DNA from: a virus
Strand: one strand, 5' to 3'
IMG/VR virus record: IMGVR_UViG_3300028666_000002
DNA length: 64,000 nt
The position numbers and the translations under genes were made by a program. Numbering within the stretch: the stretch's first letter is position 1; each line of letters begins with the position of its first letter. The notes under the pieces were generated by a model that was not told the origin of the DNA, did no database searches, and was given only the letters and a program-made list of their open reading frames with translations. Shown one piece after another: positions 49,445 to 59,597 of the stretch.

Positions 49445-50002
49445 CTAAAATCTAATACCAACTCCCAAGAGCACAGTGCCGTTCACAGTAGCCTCAACGG
49501 TCCCTCTGATATATGAAAAATCATGTTGGTACATGAGACCAAAATCAGGTTCATAAAAAGTCTTAGCAGTAAAAGAAGTCGGCCCTGTCTGTGTTGCACT
49601 AAGCCCAGTCTGACTTGCCCCACCGACAATCGAAAAAGCATTATTGCCTTTTTCTGCTTTCTTTTCTCGATAGAAAACTTCATGCGATTTAACTACATAA
49701 TTTCTATACACAGAAAGATCATGTGCTCGCAAACCCTTCAGCTTTTCATTTTCCGCCGATTCAGCTAGCAATTTTTTCTGAAGGTCAACGATATCAGCTT
49801 TAAACTGTGCTACTTGAGCCTCCAATTCCTTAACCTTATCTTCTTGCTGCTTTGTGCGATAAATAATCGTAGGCTTACAATGCACATGCACCGTACCACA
49901 GTTCAGATTGTTTGCCGATGCTCCCGCAGAAACATTGGAATTTGATTGCTCAGCCATTGCCATCGTCGAAACTGCCAGAATCATCATAGTAAGTGTTTTC
50001 AT
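49445..50002 (-). CDS. Secreted coiled-coil protein with OM-type beta-strand C-terminus
   Basis: Signal peptide (AMA|E), coiled coil, amphipathic strands ending GVGIRF. Confidence 0.55.
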   Translation of the reverse strand: MKTLTMMILAVSTMAMAEQSNSNVSAGASANNLNCGTVHVHCKPTIIYRTKQQEDKVKELEAQVAQFKADIVDLQKKLLAESAENEKLKGLRAHDLSVYRNYVVKSHEVFYREKKAEKGNNAFSIVGGASQTGLSATQTGPTSFTAKTFYEPDFGLMYQHDFSYIRGTVEATVNGTVLLGVGIRF

Positions 50003-50017
50003 GTTATCTCCTTTAAA

Positions 50018-51103
50018 TTAATGTGTAAATGCACTAGCCGGGACAATTGAAGTAGTTCCAAGCCCAGCGTTAGCAGGACCCTTCCATTGCAACGTCAATC
50101 CCACATTGGTATTAGGGCCTTGAAAATATTCGAGATTTAGTTTATGCTCGCCAGAGAACAGAAATTTACTTCCAGAAGTCTGAGTTGCATAAGGTTGAAT
50201 CTGTGGGATGTTAATGAGCACGGTGTTGTCAATAGCAAGCTCAGAACCATCGTCACTACCCAAGGTAAACGTGTAATTGCCGCTTTCTGGAATGTTTATC
50301 TTACCACTACAGTCAGCTGCCCAATTTGTGTCTCCAATCAACGCTTGCTGAGCAGGCGTAAAACCTGTGAACAACACAGTGTCGGATTCATTAGGCACCG
50401 CAAAGTTTGCAAGAACCGTCGTGAATTTGAGAGTACCATCCCCAAACAGCGTAGCCCAATTGACTGTGCTGGCCCAATCGCTAGGAAGAATAGAATAAAC
50501 ACCACACTGCAAGCCAGAACTTACTCCTGAAGTTCCAGGCTGACCCTGCGGCCCTTGAGCACCTGTCGCTCCAGTTGCTCCCGTTTCACCCTTAGGACCA
50601 ATAGCTCCTGTAGCACCAATTGCGCCCTGAGCACCTGTAGCTCCAGTCGCCCCTGTCTCACCCTTAGGACCAGCAACCCCAGCCAATCCTGTCGGTCCCT
50701 GAAGCCCCGCAGGCCCCTGTGGCCCAGTTGCACCAGTAAGTCCAGTTGCACCAGTAAGTCCAGTGGCTCCTGTTTTACCCACAGCACCCGCTGCGCCAGC
50801 AGGCCCAGTTGCGCCAGTAGCACCCGTTTTACCTGCGGCACCAGGAGCGCCAGTCAATCCTGTCAAACCCATCGGACCTTGTGGTCCCATGAATCCTTGA
50901 AGACCTTGTGGGCCAGTCAACCCGATAGGGCCTTGTGGACCCTCTGCACCCTGTGGTCCAGCCGGACCTTGTGGCCCAACAGCGCCAGTTTCTCCAATAG
51001 AGCTACCCGTTCCCTGTGAACTAGGTTGGTCTCCCTGAAAGGTCTCTTGCTTACAAGAAGCCAACATAAAAGCCATCAACAGAATTAGAATTTTTGTTTT
51101 CAT
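50018..51103 (-). CDS. Lipoprotein with collagen-like repeat and PA14 domain
   Basis: Lipobox LASC; ~50 Gly-X-Y triplets; G.YTF.LGSDDGS.L.ID..G.H...LEYFQG PA14 motif. Confidence 0.85.
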   Translation of the reverse strand: MKTKILILLMAFMLASCKQETFQGDQPSSQGTGSSIGETGAVGPQGPAGPQGAEGPQGPIGLTGPQGLQGFMGPQGPMGLTGLTGAPGAAGKTGATGATGPAGAAGAVGKTGATGLTGATGLTGATGPQGPAGLQGPTGLAGVAGPKGETGATGATGAQGAIGATGAIGPKGETGATGATGAQGPQGQPGTSGVSSGLQCGVYSILPSDWASTVNWATLFGDGTLKFTTVLANFAVPNESDTVLFTGFTPAQQALIGDTNWAADCSGKINIPESGNYTFTLGSDDGSELAIDNTVLINIPQIQPYATQTSGSKFLFSGEHKLNLEYFQGPNTNVGLTLQWKGPANAGLGTTSIVPASAFTH

Positions 51104-51157
51104 AACTTCTCCTATTAGTTTTATACCGCAGCGAGTTGCTGCTGTCCAGCAAATTAT

Positions 51158-51941
51158 TTAAAGTCTTTCTGGTTTTGGAATCGCCTTTGGCCCATCTTCT
51201 GGTCCACTTTTTGCATGAGCTTCAAAATCATTAAACAACTTCTTATGTTCATCAGACTGTTCAGAAATTATTTGCAATTTCGAATACCATTCGGCACCAT
51301 CTCGATATTCTTGTCCATCATCGCGAGATTGCCATAGCCAATCATGCGAATTGAGCATGTCGTAGAATTCACCTACATCTATGGGAGGTATTGAAATGTC
51401 AGTCATAGTACCCTTCCGTCGCAGTAAAACCTATAACTAACGATAAAACAATAAACACCATAATACTTCCAAGCACTGGATATTCAGTAATGAGATAATA
51501 GCCTCCAGCTAAGCTTCCCCACAAAATTGCCACCATCAGAATCATCATTCCTAAGATAGATGCCCCTACGGCTAGAATTTTAAAGATAATCATTTTTCTT
51601 CCTCGCTTCCCTTCGCTCCGAGCGCGGCTTCACTCGTGACTAACGCTCGCTGAGCATATTCTTTATAAAAGCACATACCGTCTTTACAAGGCCCCCGCAC
51701 CTGTTTCTCTATTGGATGGGCATACCAAATAGCTGGAGTTGACTTATTTTCTAATTCTTCTAATTCTTTCAATTCTTGTTCAATCATTTTTGGCCTCTTT
51801 ATAGGGAATAAGAACACCAAATTCTTTGGCTATCTCCCTTATAATCTCTTTCTCTGTCAATCCTTCAGGATGTTTTTCCAAAATAAGAACGATAAGCTCT
51901 TCGATATCATCATCGTCAAGCGGCGCAACGTGTGAACTCAT
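51158..51941 (-). CDS. Cluster of small hypothetical genes (51158-51406, 51399-51593 TM, 51590-51820, and 51780-51941 absent from track)
   Basis: Packed minus-strand ORFs. Confidence 0.45.
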
Positions 51942-52321
51942 GATTTATCTCCATAAAGTTTATCGATTACTACCTGCATTCTCTTACGACCTACCGGATT
52001 GCTCGAAACTATCATAATCTTTTCAGGAAGATACTGTGGATATTCTTCCAAGAAGCACATGATGTCATATCCGGTTTTCTCTCTCCCATTCTCATCATAA
52101 CAACCCAAATCATGATCCAAATAGAGTAGTTGCCATTTTTCACTTTTCAAAGCCGACAACCCTTCATCGTAGGTTCGACATACCAGGGTAGCCTTGATAT
52201 TCCTCTTATCGTCAATCAAGAGCACCCTAGGCCTTGTAGCTCTATACATAATGAGAAGCCACAAGCTAAAGAGAAGAGGAATGATAGTCAGCTTAAGAAG
52301 TGGTGTAAAAAGTATGACCAT
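51938..52321 (-). CDS. Cyclic-phosphate-processing receiver-like domain protein
   Basis: LLIDDKR, LYLDHDLG, TGYD, SSNPVGRKRM. Confidence 0.75.
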   Translation of the reverse strand: MVILFTPLLKLTIIPLLFSLWLLIMYRATRPRVLLIDDKRNIKATLVCRTYDEGLSALKSEKWQLLYLDHDLGCYDENGREKTGYDIMCFLEEYPQYLPEKIMIVSSNPVGRKRMQVVIDKLYGDKS

Positions 52322-52498
52322 TTACCATCCCTCTTCATCGTCCGCTTCTTCAGCAGTGAAGTCCAGAATATCATCGCCTTCATCGTCTGCATCAATAGCT
52401 TCTTGCAGAGCTTCCTTTACGGCTTCTTTGATATCTTCCTCATCATCGCTGGGAGAAAGAATATTTTGTAAATGTATGATAACATTATACTTCTTCAT
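52322..52498 (-). CDS. Highly acidic 58-aa protein (not in ORF track)
   Basis: AGGAGG RBS; MKKYNV...DDEEDIKEAVKEALQEAIDADDEGDDILDFTAEEADDEEGW. Confidence 0.7.
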   Translation of the reverse strand: MKKYNVIIHLQNILSPSDDEEDIKEAVKEALQEAIDADDEGDDILDFTAEEADDEEGW

Positions 52499-52506
52499 AA
52501 TTCCTC

Positions 52507-52740
52507 CTATCGAGAAAGCTCTACGATAATATGTTGCATTACCCCAATTTTCACTTTTGGGTTTACGCCAACCTTAATCAGTCCACTCAATAGGGTGGTC
52601 GTGGTTACATCCACAAAGGTCTTATGGGTAATAACCCGAAAGCTACCTAAGGGAAACGTAAGAATCTCCTCAATCGTAACGTAACGTGACAGTTCCTTAT
52701 CATACAACTTTCGATTAGAATACTTTATAATATTTTTCAT
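52507..52740 (-). CDS. PhaR-like DNA-binding domain protein
   Basis: IIKYSNRKLYD...SRYVTIEEI; AAGGAG RBS before ATG 52740. Confidence 0.75.
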   Translation of the reverse strand: MKNIIKYSNRKLYDKELSRYVTIEEILTFPLGSFRVITHKTFVDVTTTTLLSGLIKVGVNPKVKIGVMQHIIVELSR

Positions 52741-52753
52741 ATTTACTCCTTTG

Positions 52754-53113
52754 TTACAGCTTTTTATAATTCTTTTCAATCCAAGTAGCAATCGCTCTAA
52801 AACTAGCACCGCCATCATTGGCTTCAGCTAGACTATCAAATCCAAAATATCCCTTGCCGCGTCTAACTTTTACGCTTCCTTCATTTGGTGCGCCAAGGCA
52901 ATCCTTAACATCACATGCGGAGAATTCTTCTCCACTCAAATCTTCATTAGTACCAATTACATCTTCCTCTATTTTACAGATAGTGGCCAGCACACCCAAG
53001 CAACAATATTCCACCTTACCATCATCAGTTTCCTTTCGAAGCTGTTCTTTATTCTGTTTGAATTTACCAGACCTAAGAGCTTTTACCCATTTCATTGCAA
53101 GTTTCTTTTCCAT
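52754..53113 (-). CDS. Conserved phage protein (WVKALRSG/YCCLGV family)
   Basis: WVKALRSGKFKQ, YCCLGVL, ND.G.SF..IA.WIE. Confidence 0.65.
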   Translation of the reverse strand: MEKKLAMKWVKALRSGKFKQNKEQLRKETDDGKVEYCCLGVLATICKIEEDVIGTNEDLSGEEFSACDVKDCLGAPNEGSVKVRRGKGYFGFDSLAEANDGGASFRAIATWIEKNYKKL

Positions 53114-53125
53114 ATATCCTCCTAA

Positions 53126-53977
53126 TTAAACTTCTTCAGTGTGTTCATGTCCACATTCTGGACAGAAGTTATGAAAGTCATCTTTATCCGCAGAACAATT
53201 CTCACAAATATAATCTTCAAATTCTTGTTCTTCTTCAGGCTCTTCCTTTGCTTCTTCCGGTACTTCTGCAGTCTCAGGCCTACCATAAAGCGCCTCTGTG
53301 CGAAGCTTCTCGCCCACGGCAACCACTTCAAAACGGCAAGTCCTCATTTTTGTGCCTGAGTAATCTGTAGGTACGCAAACAACATCCTTTGGATTGACCT
53401 TAACTTCAACCAATTGCGGACCAAAACCTTTCGCATAATCAAAACATGCAACATGCAAACCAGAAGAGCAGGTTTCATTTGGATTATCATTTACTTGCTC
53501 TCTAGGCATCTCACATACTGCACCGACACTGTTGTCAAAGGTTCCGGTATGTTTATCTTTAAATTCTGCCGTAACCCCCCTGTACGCTATGAAAAATCCA
53601 TCCTCCGTAATCGGGTGGCCATTATGTGAGAGGAAGGCAAACAATTGAGCCCTAGAGTTATAAGAAGGATTCTGCTTGAGATTCTCCCAAAATTTCAACA
53701 GTGGCTCATAAGGAAGTCCCAAATCCTTATATTTGAGGATACGAGCATTCAACTCTGATGGAATAGGTTGACCGTCCGTATAGAGTAAACCATCCTTAAG
53801 CTCCAGTCCAGTTCCTTCGAAACCCTTTTCGACTTCCACAATTGCTGGAATGCTATCCAAATCGCCATTGCGAATACATTCGAGAACATCTTCGAATCGC
53901 GAATCTCCCTTAGAGACCACAACGGTCTTTCCGAGATAGTTTAGGACAATACTTTGTTCCAATACATGATAGTGCAT
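53126..53977 (-). CDS. rIIB: rIIB-like protein
   Basis: NPS, ITEDGFFIAYR, MPREQV.D.P..TCSSGLH, VKVNPKDVVCVP.DY..KMR.C. Confidence 0.85.
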   Translation of the reverse strand: MHYHVLEQSIVLNYLGKTVVVSKGDSRFEDVLECIRNGDLDSIPAIVEVEKGFEGTGLELKDGLLYTDGQPIPSELNARILKYKDLGLPYEPLLKFWENLKQNPSYNSRAQLFAFLSHNGHPITEDGFFIAYRGVTAEFKDKHTGTFDNSVGAVCEMPREQVNDNPNETCSSGLHVACFDYAKGFGPQLVEVKVNPKDVVCVPTDYSGTKMRTCRFEVVAVGEKLRTEALYGRPETAEVPEEAKEEPEEEQEFEDYICENCSADKDDFHNFCPECGHEHTEEV

Positions 53978-53994
53978 ATAATCTCCTTATATTT

Positions 53995-54023
53995 AAGATA
54001 TCAAATCTGACACATAGTGTCAA
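53995..54023 (-). promoter_or_regulatory. Sigma70-like early promoter TTGACA-17-TATCTT
   Basis: Exact spacing, extended TG, upstream of rIIB. Confidence 0.75.
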
Positions 54024-54025
54024 TA

Positions 54026-54502
54026 CTAAAGTCCAACTTTTTTCAAATCACGAGCAATTTGACGCATTTGAAGCTTAAATCGACGCCGATTTCTTTTGTT
54101 GTATTGAACAACGCGCCTATAATCTTTGAAATTTCCAGGTAAGGTGACGCCCATCTCTCTCGCTGCGGCGAAGAGAAGTCCCCGCCTAAGGCAATTAAGT
54201 GCATACAGTTTTTGGGTTGTCTCTTGGTCAAATTCGATATTGTCACTAAAACATTCACCGAAGGGATCGACAGGGACATAAGTCTTATCTTTATCTAACC
54301 CTAAGGTATTGCTGATTACACTACCGGCAAAACAAACGGCACACTGTTTAGTTTGGTTTCCAAATGTGCCAACAGCCCCGGAAGCAGAATGCCATACATT
54401 CATATCAATTCGATAATCCTTTCGCTTTTCAACCTTGGAAAGGTCTTTCACGGCTAACAGCAATAAAGTACTCATTTTCTTGGGCAACTTAGTTTTCTTC
54501 AT
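54026..54502 (-). CDS. Hypothetical protein (CAVCFAG family)
   Basis: ORF between rIIA and rIIB. Confidence 0.55.
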   Translation of the reverse strand: MKKTKLPKKMSTLLLLAVKDLSKVEKRKDYRIDMNVWHSASGAVGTFGNQTKQCAVCFAGSVISNTLGLDKDKTYVPVDPFGECFSDNIEFDQETTQKLYALNCLRRGLLFAAAREMGVTLPGNFKDYRRVVQYNKRNRRRFKLQMRQIARDLKKVGL

Positions 54503-56523
54503 GGTTTCTCCTCGTATTTTGCATTCACGTAATATACTAGTTCCTGTACCTTTGAATTGTAGGGAGTGTAATCCCCAACCAAAGGATACTTTGTCTTGAT
54601 TAGGTTTTCAATCTTTTTATCCTGCGCTGCGAAATCTTTTACCTCTTTTTCCTTCCTTGCAATGGTCATAAGTGCATTAGGAATATGGTCAGCAGATGTC
54701 ACATGGCTGAATTCTTTGTATTCTGCAATGATATCCACCAATTCCTTATCTTTGATGCCTTTCAGCTTTTCTAAAACCTGGACAATCTCACGATTTTTTG
54801 ATTCCATATATTTAGCATATCTAATCTCTTCTTTATTGGGCTTATACTTATCAAGATACGTCTTAAGAGGAGCAAAGTTAGGGTCGCCCTTAATCATTGA
54901 AAGAGACCGCTTTGCAACGCCGCAGATGCGAGTGCCAGTAGTTCTCAAGTAATCGTCTAGCCCTTCTAAAGTATTCCTATTCCAGCCTGCAGGCATTTCC
55001 CAACCGGAAACACCAATGGGCACATAGAACCACTTCTGAGTATTTGTAGAGAGAGTAGTGTGATGAAACCTACCCCCATACCTAAGTGTATGCAGGCAGA
55101 ACTCTTGCTTATCCCTTGATACCACAACCCTTGCAGCCTTAGGCAGGACAACAAATGTAAGCGTTTGGAAGTCCTTGGCATTAACATCCCTGATAACTTG
55201 AGAGAATTCGGGATTAGCTGGAATTTCCTCAATGAGAATCATCTTTGTGTGCTTCTCGAAGTGCGTCTTGATGCGCTTGTTTTGAGTAATTTTGTTTTCG
55301 TTCACATTATTGAAGAAAACGTGCTCAAGCAATTCCAAGGGAATTCGTTTGTGCTTATCCACCAAATCAACCTTGGTAATTTTTTCAACTCTACGACGAC
55401 CTCTACCGAGACAATGAATCTCAGTCATTTTAACCTTTTGAAATAAATCACTTTCTAGGTTACTGCCGTTGATTTGATAGTTACCGTATTTAGCAAACCC
55501 ACTTTCAACATCGAAATAAGCATCCATCTCTTGGTAAGTCTTTACAAACTCACCAGATGTCTTAACAGATTTAAATCTATCAGAAATATGCTTTTTAACT
55601 TGCTGTGCTGCTTTTTGTCCAATTTGCTCTAGAGCCTTAATACTTCTCTCAGAATCGGCAATAGATTCACGACTAGCCGCTACCTCTACTACACCGTTGC
55701 CCAAATGAATCAGCATCTTTTGCTTAGAAAAGCCCTTTAACTTGTAAAGTGTAGGACACTTGCTCAAAAGCCCATAATCAATCGGATAAGGAATTCCCGA
55801 AATGATTGCCAACGCTTCGGTACCATATCTTTCATCTACATAAGACGGGATAAGCTGCGAGTTAATAAACTCTACATCGCCAACCCTATAACCCTTTACC
55901 AGCGTAGGAACATCCGTAACTCCCTTGAGATTGGGCTTTTGTTCCCAAAAATAAATAGCTCGCATTACAGCATCGCGAAACTTATTAACATCATAAGGTT
56001 TCACTGCGATTTGAATTTCGGTACCGTTTTCTTCTTTGGTTTCCTCCACGGCAACCAAATCAAGTCTACCTTGATTATTAGCTCCAATGTGAGCAACGTA
56101 ACTTCGCTTAGTACCGTCAACAAAGGTAACAATAGAGAACGAATCGGAATAAGAAAATGCACTTTTTGCGCCTAGACCTAGTCCGCCGATTTCATTATTG
56201 TTTTCGCGTTTTGTTGAACTGCCATACATGATAAAAACTTGGCTCATTCTCTGGGGATTAACACCGGGACCGTAATCGCGAATCTTCAAAACAGGATTCA
56301 ACGCAGTCGGCACGGTAATGTCAAACTTATTATCTTTCTTACCCAACTCAACGTGCGAGTCAAAAGCGTTGGAAATATATTCCTGGGTAAGTGTGCGAAT
56401 TTTATGAGAATAAATCTTATTTCTAAGAATTTCTATGATGACACTGCAATCCTGAATACCAAACGATTGAGTTTCACCGACGACATTAGTATCCAAAGTT
56501 TTAACATGTTCAAAAAGCTTCAT
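54499..56523 (-). CDS. rIIA: rIIA-like protein (GHKL ATPase N-terminus)
   Basis: IYS....QEYISNAFDSH, IRDYGPG, SSTK, IGGLGLGAKSAFSY, NGTEI. Confidence 0.85.
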   Translation of the reverse strand: MKLFEHVKTLDTNVVGETQSFGIQDCSVIIEILRNKIYSHKIRTLTQEYISNAFDSHVELGKKDNKFDITVPTALNPVLKIRDYGPGVNPQRMSQVFIMYGSSTKRENNNEIGGLGLGAKSAFSYSDSFSIVTFVDGTKRSYVAHIGANNQGRLDLVAVEETKEENGTEIQIAVKPYDVNKFRDAVMRAIYFWEQKPNLKGVTDVPTLVKGYRVGDVEFINSQLIPSYVDERYGTEALAIISGIPYPIDYGLLSKCPTLYKLKGFSKQKMLIHLGNGVVEVAASRESIADSERSIKALEQIGQKAAQQVKKHISDRFKSVKTSGEFVKTYQEMDAYFDVESGFAKYGNYQINGSNLESDLFQKVKMTEIHCLGRGRRRVEKITKVDLVDKHKRIPLELLEHVFFNNVNENKITQNKRIKTHFEKHTKMILIEEIPANPEFSQVIRDVNAKDFQTLTFVVLPKAARVVVSRDKQEFCLHTLRYGGRFHHTTLSTNTQKWFYVPIGVSGWEMPAGWNRNTLEGLDDYLRTTGTRICGVAKRSLSMIKGDPNFAPLKTYLDKYKPNKEEIRYAKYMESKNREIVQVLEKLKGIKDKELVDIIAEYKEFSHVTSADHIPNALMTIARKEKEVKDFAAQDKKIENLIKTKYPLVGDYTPYNSKVQELVYYVNAKYEEKP

Positions 56524-56542
56524 TTGTAATCTCCTTATATTG

Positions 56543-56571
56543 AGATTAACTGATTTGCTGCAGCGTGTCAA
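56543..56571 (-). promoter_or_regulatory. Sigma70-like promoter TTGACA-17-TAATCT
   Basis: Upstream of rIIA RBS. Confidence 0.6.
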
Positions 56572-57024
56572 TATCTTTTAAAAACTTTTCCAACCAAACC
56601 TTGTATTCTTCAAAATTCCCAGGAATATCATGTACCAATAAGGTGTGTCGGGTAGCTAACCATGTTTGAGAAGTGTCATCCTCAATAGCCAAATCCATTA
56701 TGGGCTTATCCTCTTCTTTAGCATCATATATGCTGTACTTACTCTCGGCTGTGGCTATAATACCGTGAGCCTCAAGTTTCTTTACCCATTCGGTTGTAAA
56801 TGAAAACAAGCTAGACCAAACTATCTCAATCATTCCCATTCCTTTTTGGTTTCAGGCGTATATTTAATTAACACATTCTTTTCTGCCGCATCAACTGCTT
56901 CGCAAAGCTTTAAATACGTTGTGTAGTACTTACCGTTGCTTTGTGCCTGCAGTCGCAACTTCTCTGTAAGCCTAACTAACTTCTTCATATGTTTAGCGTA
57001 TCGAATTTTCACTTTTCCTCCCAA
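56546..57024 (-). CDS. Two small hypothetical genes (56546-56839, 56830-57024)
   Basis: ORF track. Confidence 0.45.
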
Positions 57025-57091
57025 GGGTTAGTGGCTAGGATGGTCGTTTCGGAATGCTCAGAGTAGAGCACGCCACCCTAGCCACCAGATA

Positions 57092-57580
57092 TTAAGCAGC
57101 GGCCCTGGATAGATTGGCCGGGATAGGATTACTGATAGCCAAATCCGTAACCCTCTTAGCAAGCCTTACCCCTGCGGTAAAATCACCCTTGCCAGCATTG
57201 GTTTCAATAGTAACAGCCTTACCAAGCCTGTGCTTGAGAGTTACCAAGCAAGCCGTGATCACCACATCATATGGGAGCCCATATGTAGCAACAAAGATGC
57301 CAGAGTAGAGAACTGAGGGAGAGAGAAAGTTCTGCCGAAAGTGTTCAGGCAAAGAAAACAAATCGCCCCTCTCATCGCCCGCACCATTGACTTCCAATCC
57401 ACCATATTGCCCAAGCTTCGTGTGAGCACTAAAGCCTGACAATCCACCCTTAGAGCGATAGTAAGCTTTGATAATTCTTTGGCAATCCCTGAGAGCGAGA
57501 AGGTATTGCTTCTCCAACTTCTCTGCCGTTCCCTTTGGTCCCTTCAGATTGTGAAAAACAATTGAGTGTCCGTAGTCCAT
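57092..57580 (-). CDS. Conserved phage hypothetical protein
   Basis: AAGGAG RBS before ATG 57580; PYDVVITACL motif. Confidence 0.6.
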   Translation of the reverse strand: MDYGHSIVFHNLKGPKGTAEKLEKQYLLALRDCQRIIKAYYRSKGGLSGFSAHTKLGQYGGLEVNGAGDERGDLFSLPEHFRQNFLSPSVLYSGIFVATYGLPYDVVITACLVTLKHRLGKAVTIETNAGKGDFTAGVRLAKRVTDLAISNPIPANLSRAAA

Positions 57581-57859
57581 AAGTGTCTCCTTTTTAAAAT
57601 AAAAAAACAGTCGCAAAAGCAACCACGATTGCGGCAATCCCAAGGCCATGCTGGCCGCCTAAACAATAACCTGCTAAGAGCACGCAACCAGTAAAAATAG
57701 CATCAGTCATACGCTCTCCCTTTAAAGAAATTGAATAAAAGTAATTATAACCGCAGCAATACCAAGCCCAATGTGGCCACCAAAACAATATCCCGCTATC
57801 AGCATACAGGGAATAGTAACAAGCGTCTTTATATTAATTCTCATATTGCCTCCATCTTT

Positions 57860-57888
57860 AAGATATCAAAGATAACTCATCGTGTCAA
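57860..57888 (-). promoter_or_regulatory. Sigma70-like early promoter TTGACA-17-TATCTT
   Basis: Same TTTGATATCTTAAA -10 context as 53995. Confidence 0.75.
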
Positions 57889-58736
57889 GCAGTATCTCTT
57901 TCCTCATCTTCTTCTACTACAAAGCCAGTAGACTTGCAGCAATTGTGTGCTTGCAAATCTTCTTCACAATCAAAGCATGCGTAACGATGACAGCTCTCAC
58001 ACTGGTCCAATTCATCTTGGTCCTTAGGCTTCTGACAAAAATAACACTTAGCGAACATTACTTTCCTCCTCACGAAATGAATCCTCTAATTCTACCAAAT
58101 CCTCAATACCAAAAACTAATTCGTACAAAACTCTAATATCATTCCAAATGTGCCCTTCCTTTTGGAATCGTCCGCCAGCATTCTCGCACTCATCCACAGC
58201 TACGTAGCTTACCAATGCTGTCAATGCTTTAACCTGTTCTTCATTCAGTTTCATAAATTCTCCTTGGCCTAGGGGATAGAGAGCACGACCATCTTATAGC
58301 TCCCTATCCCCAATTATTAGGCGACCCTCGCTCCACACCACTTAGCGTTTGCTAAGACCTCTATAAAGTATCAAGTTTGATTCAACGCGTCAAGTCTTTC
58401 TTTTTCTTCTTTCAACCAACGGATAACACCAGCTTTAATACCCGAACCATCAGTGCTGTCTTTTCCAAGCCTATCGTTAACTCGCCAAAAGTAATAAATC
58501 TCACCCTCCTCCTCAATATCTCTGTGCCAATATTGGGCGCCTTGATTATTACGATAGATATTCTCTAGTGCATTAGCCTCTTCTGTTTTGGTCCACCTAC
58601 CTCCCGCTTCTCTAATGCCACAATGTCCTAATGCACAATAAGTATCATTGGAAGCATCGTAGACAACTCCTCTGGTCCACTTCTCTGCCGGAATAGCCTC
58701 AAACTTATCAATGAAATATTGGATATCGTATTTCAT
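57885..58736 (-). CDS. Three small genes (57885-58073 Zn finger, 58048-58254, 58371-58736 YCALGHC family)
   Basis: ORFs with RBS. Confidence 0.5.
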
Positions 58737-58895
58737 TCGTCCTCCTATGGAATGTCCATCACAATAGCATCAATAACTTCGCCAAAATTCTTAGAATTTA
58801 CCGCCATTAGCAATCCAGCCATAGCAGCAACGAGAACTAATACCATCAATACGTTTGTTGTCCACTTGAGTAACCTCATTTGTTCTCCTAAATTA

Positions 58896-58924
58896 AAGAT
58901 ATCAAATATAACTTGCTGCGTCAA
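58896..58924 (-). promoter_or_regulatory. Sigma70-like early promoter TTGACG-17-TATCTT
   Basis: Same -10 context. Confidence 0.7.
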
Positions 58925-58926
58925 TC

Positions 58927-59232
58927 CTAAAACTTAAATAGCACAATTGTAGCATCAGAGCCTACAACGCCTATAGCATTCTCCAGCATTGGTCTACGCC
59001 AATCCAATACTTCGGGCTCACCAAACTTATACAACGCACCCACAGCCAACGTAGCCGCTGCAGACACGATAAAAGCGGCTGACTTGCTCATCCCCATCTT
59101 AGTAGATACCCCATAAACAATAGTGTTTATGATATAGGACGCACCGACGTGCGCAGTCAAATGTAAGATATCATTCTCATTCGCTTTAGCCTGCGAGCAC
59201 AGCATTAGAAGTATGAGCAATCGAAATTTCAC
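58927..59232 (-). CDS. Secreted/membrane protein
   Basis: Signal peptide (AKA|N) and hydrophobic helices. Confidence 0.5.
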   Translation of the reverse strand: MKFRLLILLMLCSQAKANENDILHLTAHVGASYIINTIVYGVSTKMGMSKSAAFIVSAAATLAVGALYKFGEPEVLDWRRPMLENAIGVVGSDATIVLFKF

Positions 59233-59597
59233 TTTTCACCTTTATATAGGCGAAATTGATTGCTTATTTCCTGCCAAAAACAATTTGATTGAGATTTCCA
59301 TTGCATACCATCCTTGGAAATTATTGTCAAATCCTCCAATGTGTAACACTTTAAATTATTTCTATTATATATAGTAGAAGCAAGCCGATATTCTATTTCG
59401 AAAGGAAATTGACTACCAGCATCGACAAAACACTTTTCAAGTGTGCGCCAAGGATTCGTATCGCTACCACCAACAACGTTGTACCAAACGGTATACGCGG
59501 GTGGACCAACCCCTACTTCACATGGCTTACAAATCCACTCTTCAAATTGAAAGAGCAGAATTTTACTTTTGGGATTGCCACACTTTTCGCAGTTCAT
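59229..59597 (-). CDS. Zn-ribbon protein, paralog of 45346-45705
   Basis: Shared CxxC pairs and WRT...CFVDAGS. Confidence 0.6.
   Translation of the reverse strand: MNCEKCGNPKSKILLFQFEEWICKPCEVGVGPPAYTVWYNVVGGSDTNPWRTLEKCFVDAGSQFPFEIEYRLASTIYNRNNLKCYTLEDLTIISKDGMQWKSQSNCFWQEISNQFRLYKGEK

Noticed and set aside
50018-51103. Collagen protein as a tail fibre
   Set aside because: Lipoprotein signal and location in the early region argue for host-membrane localisation
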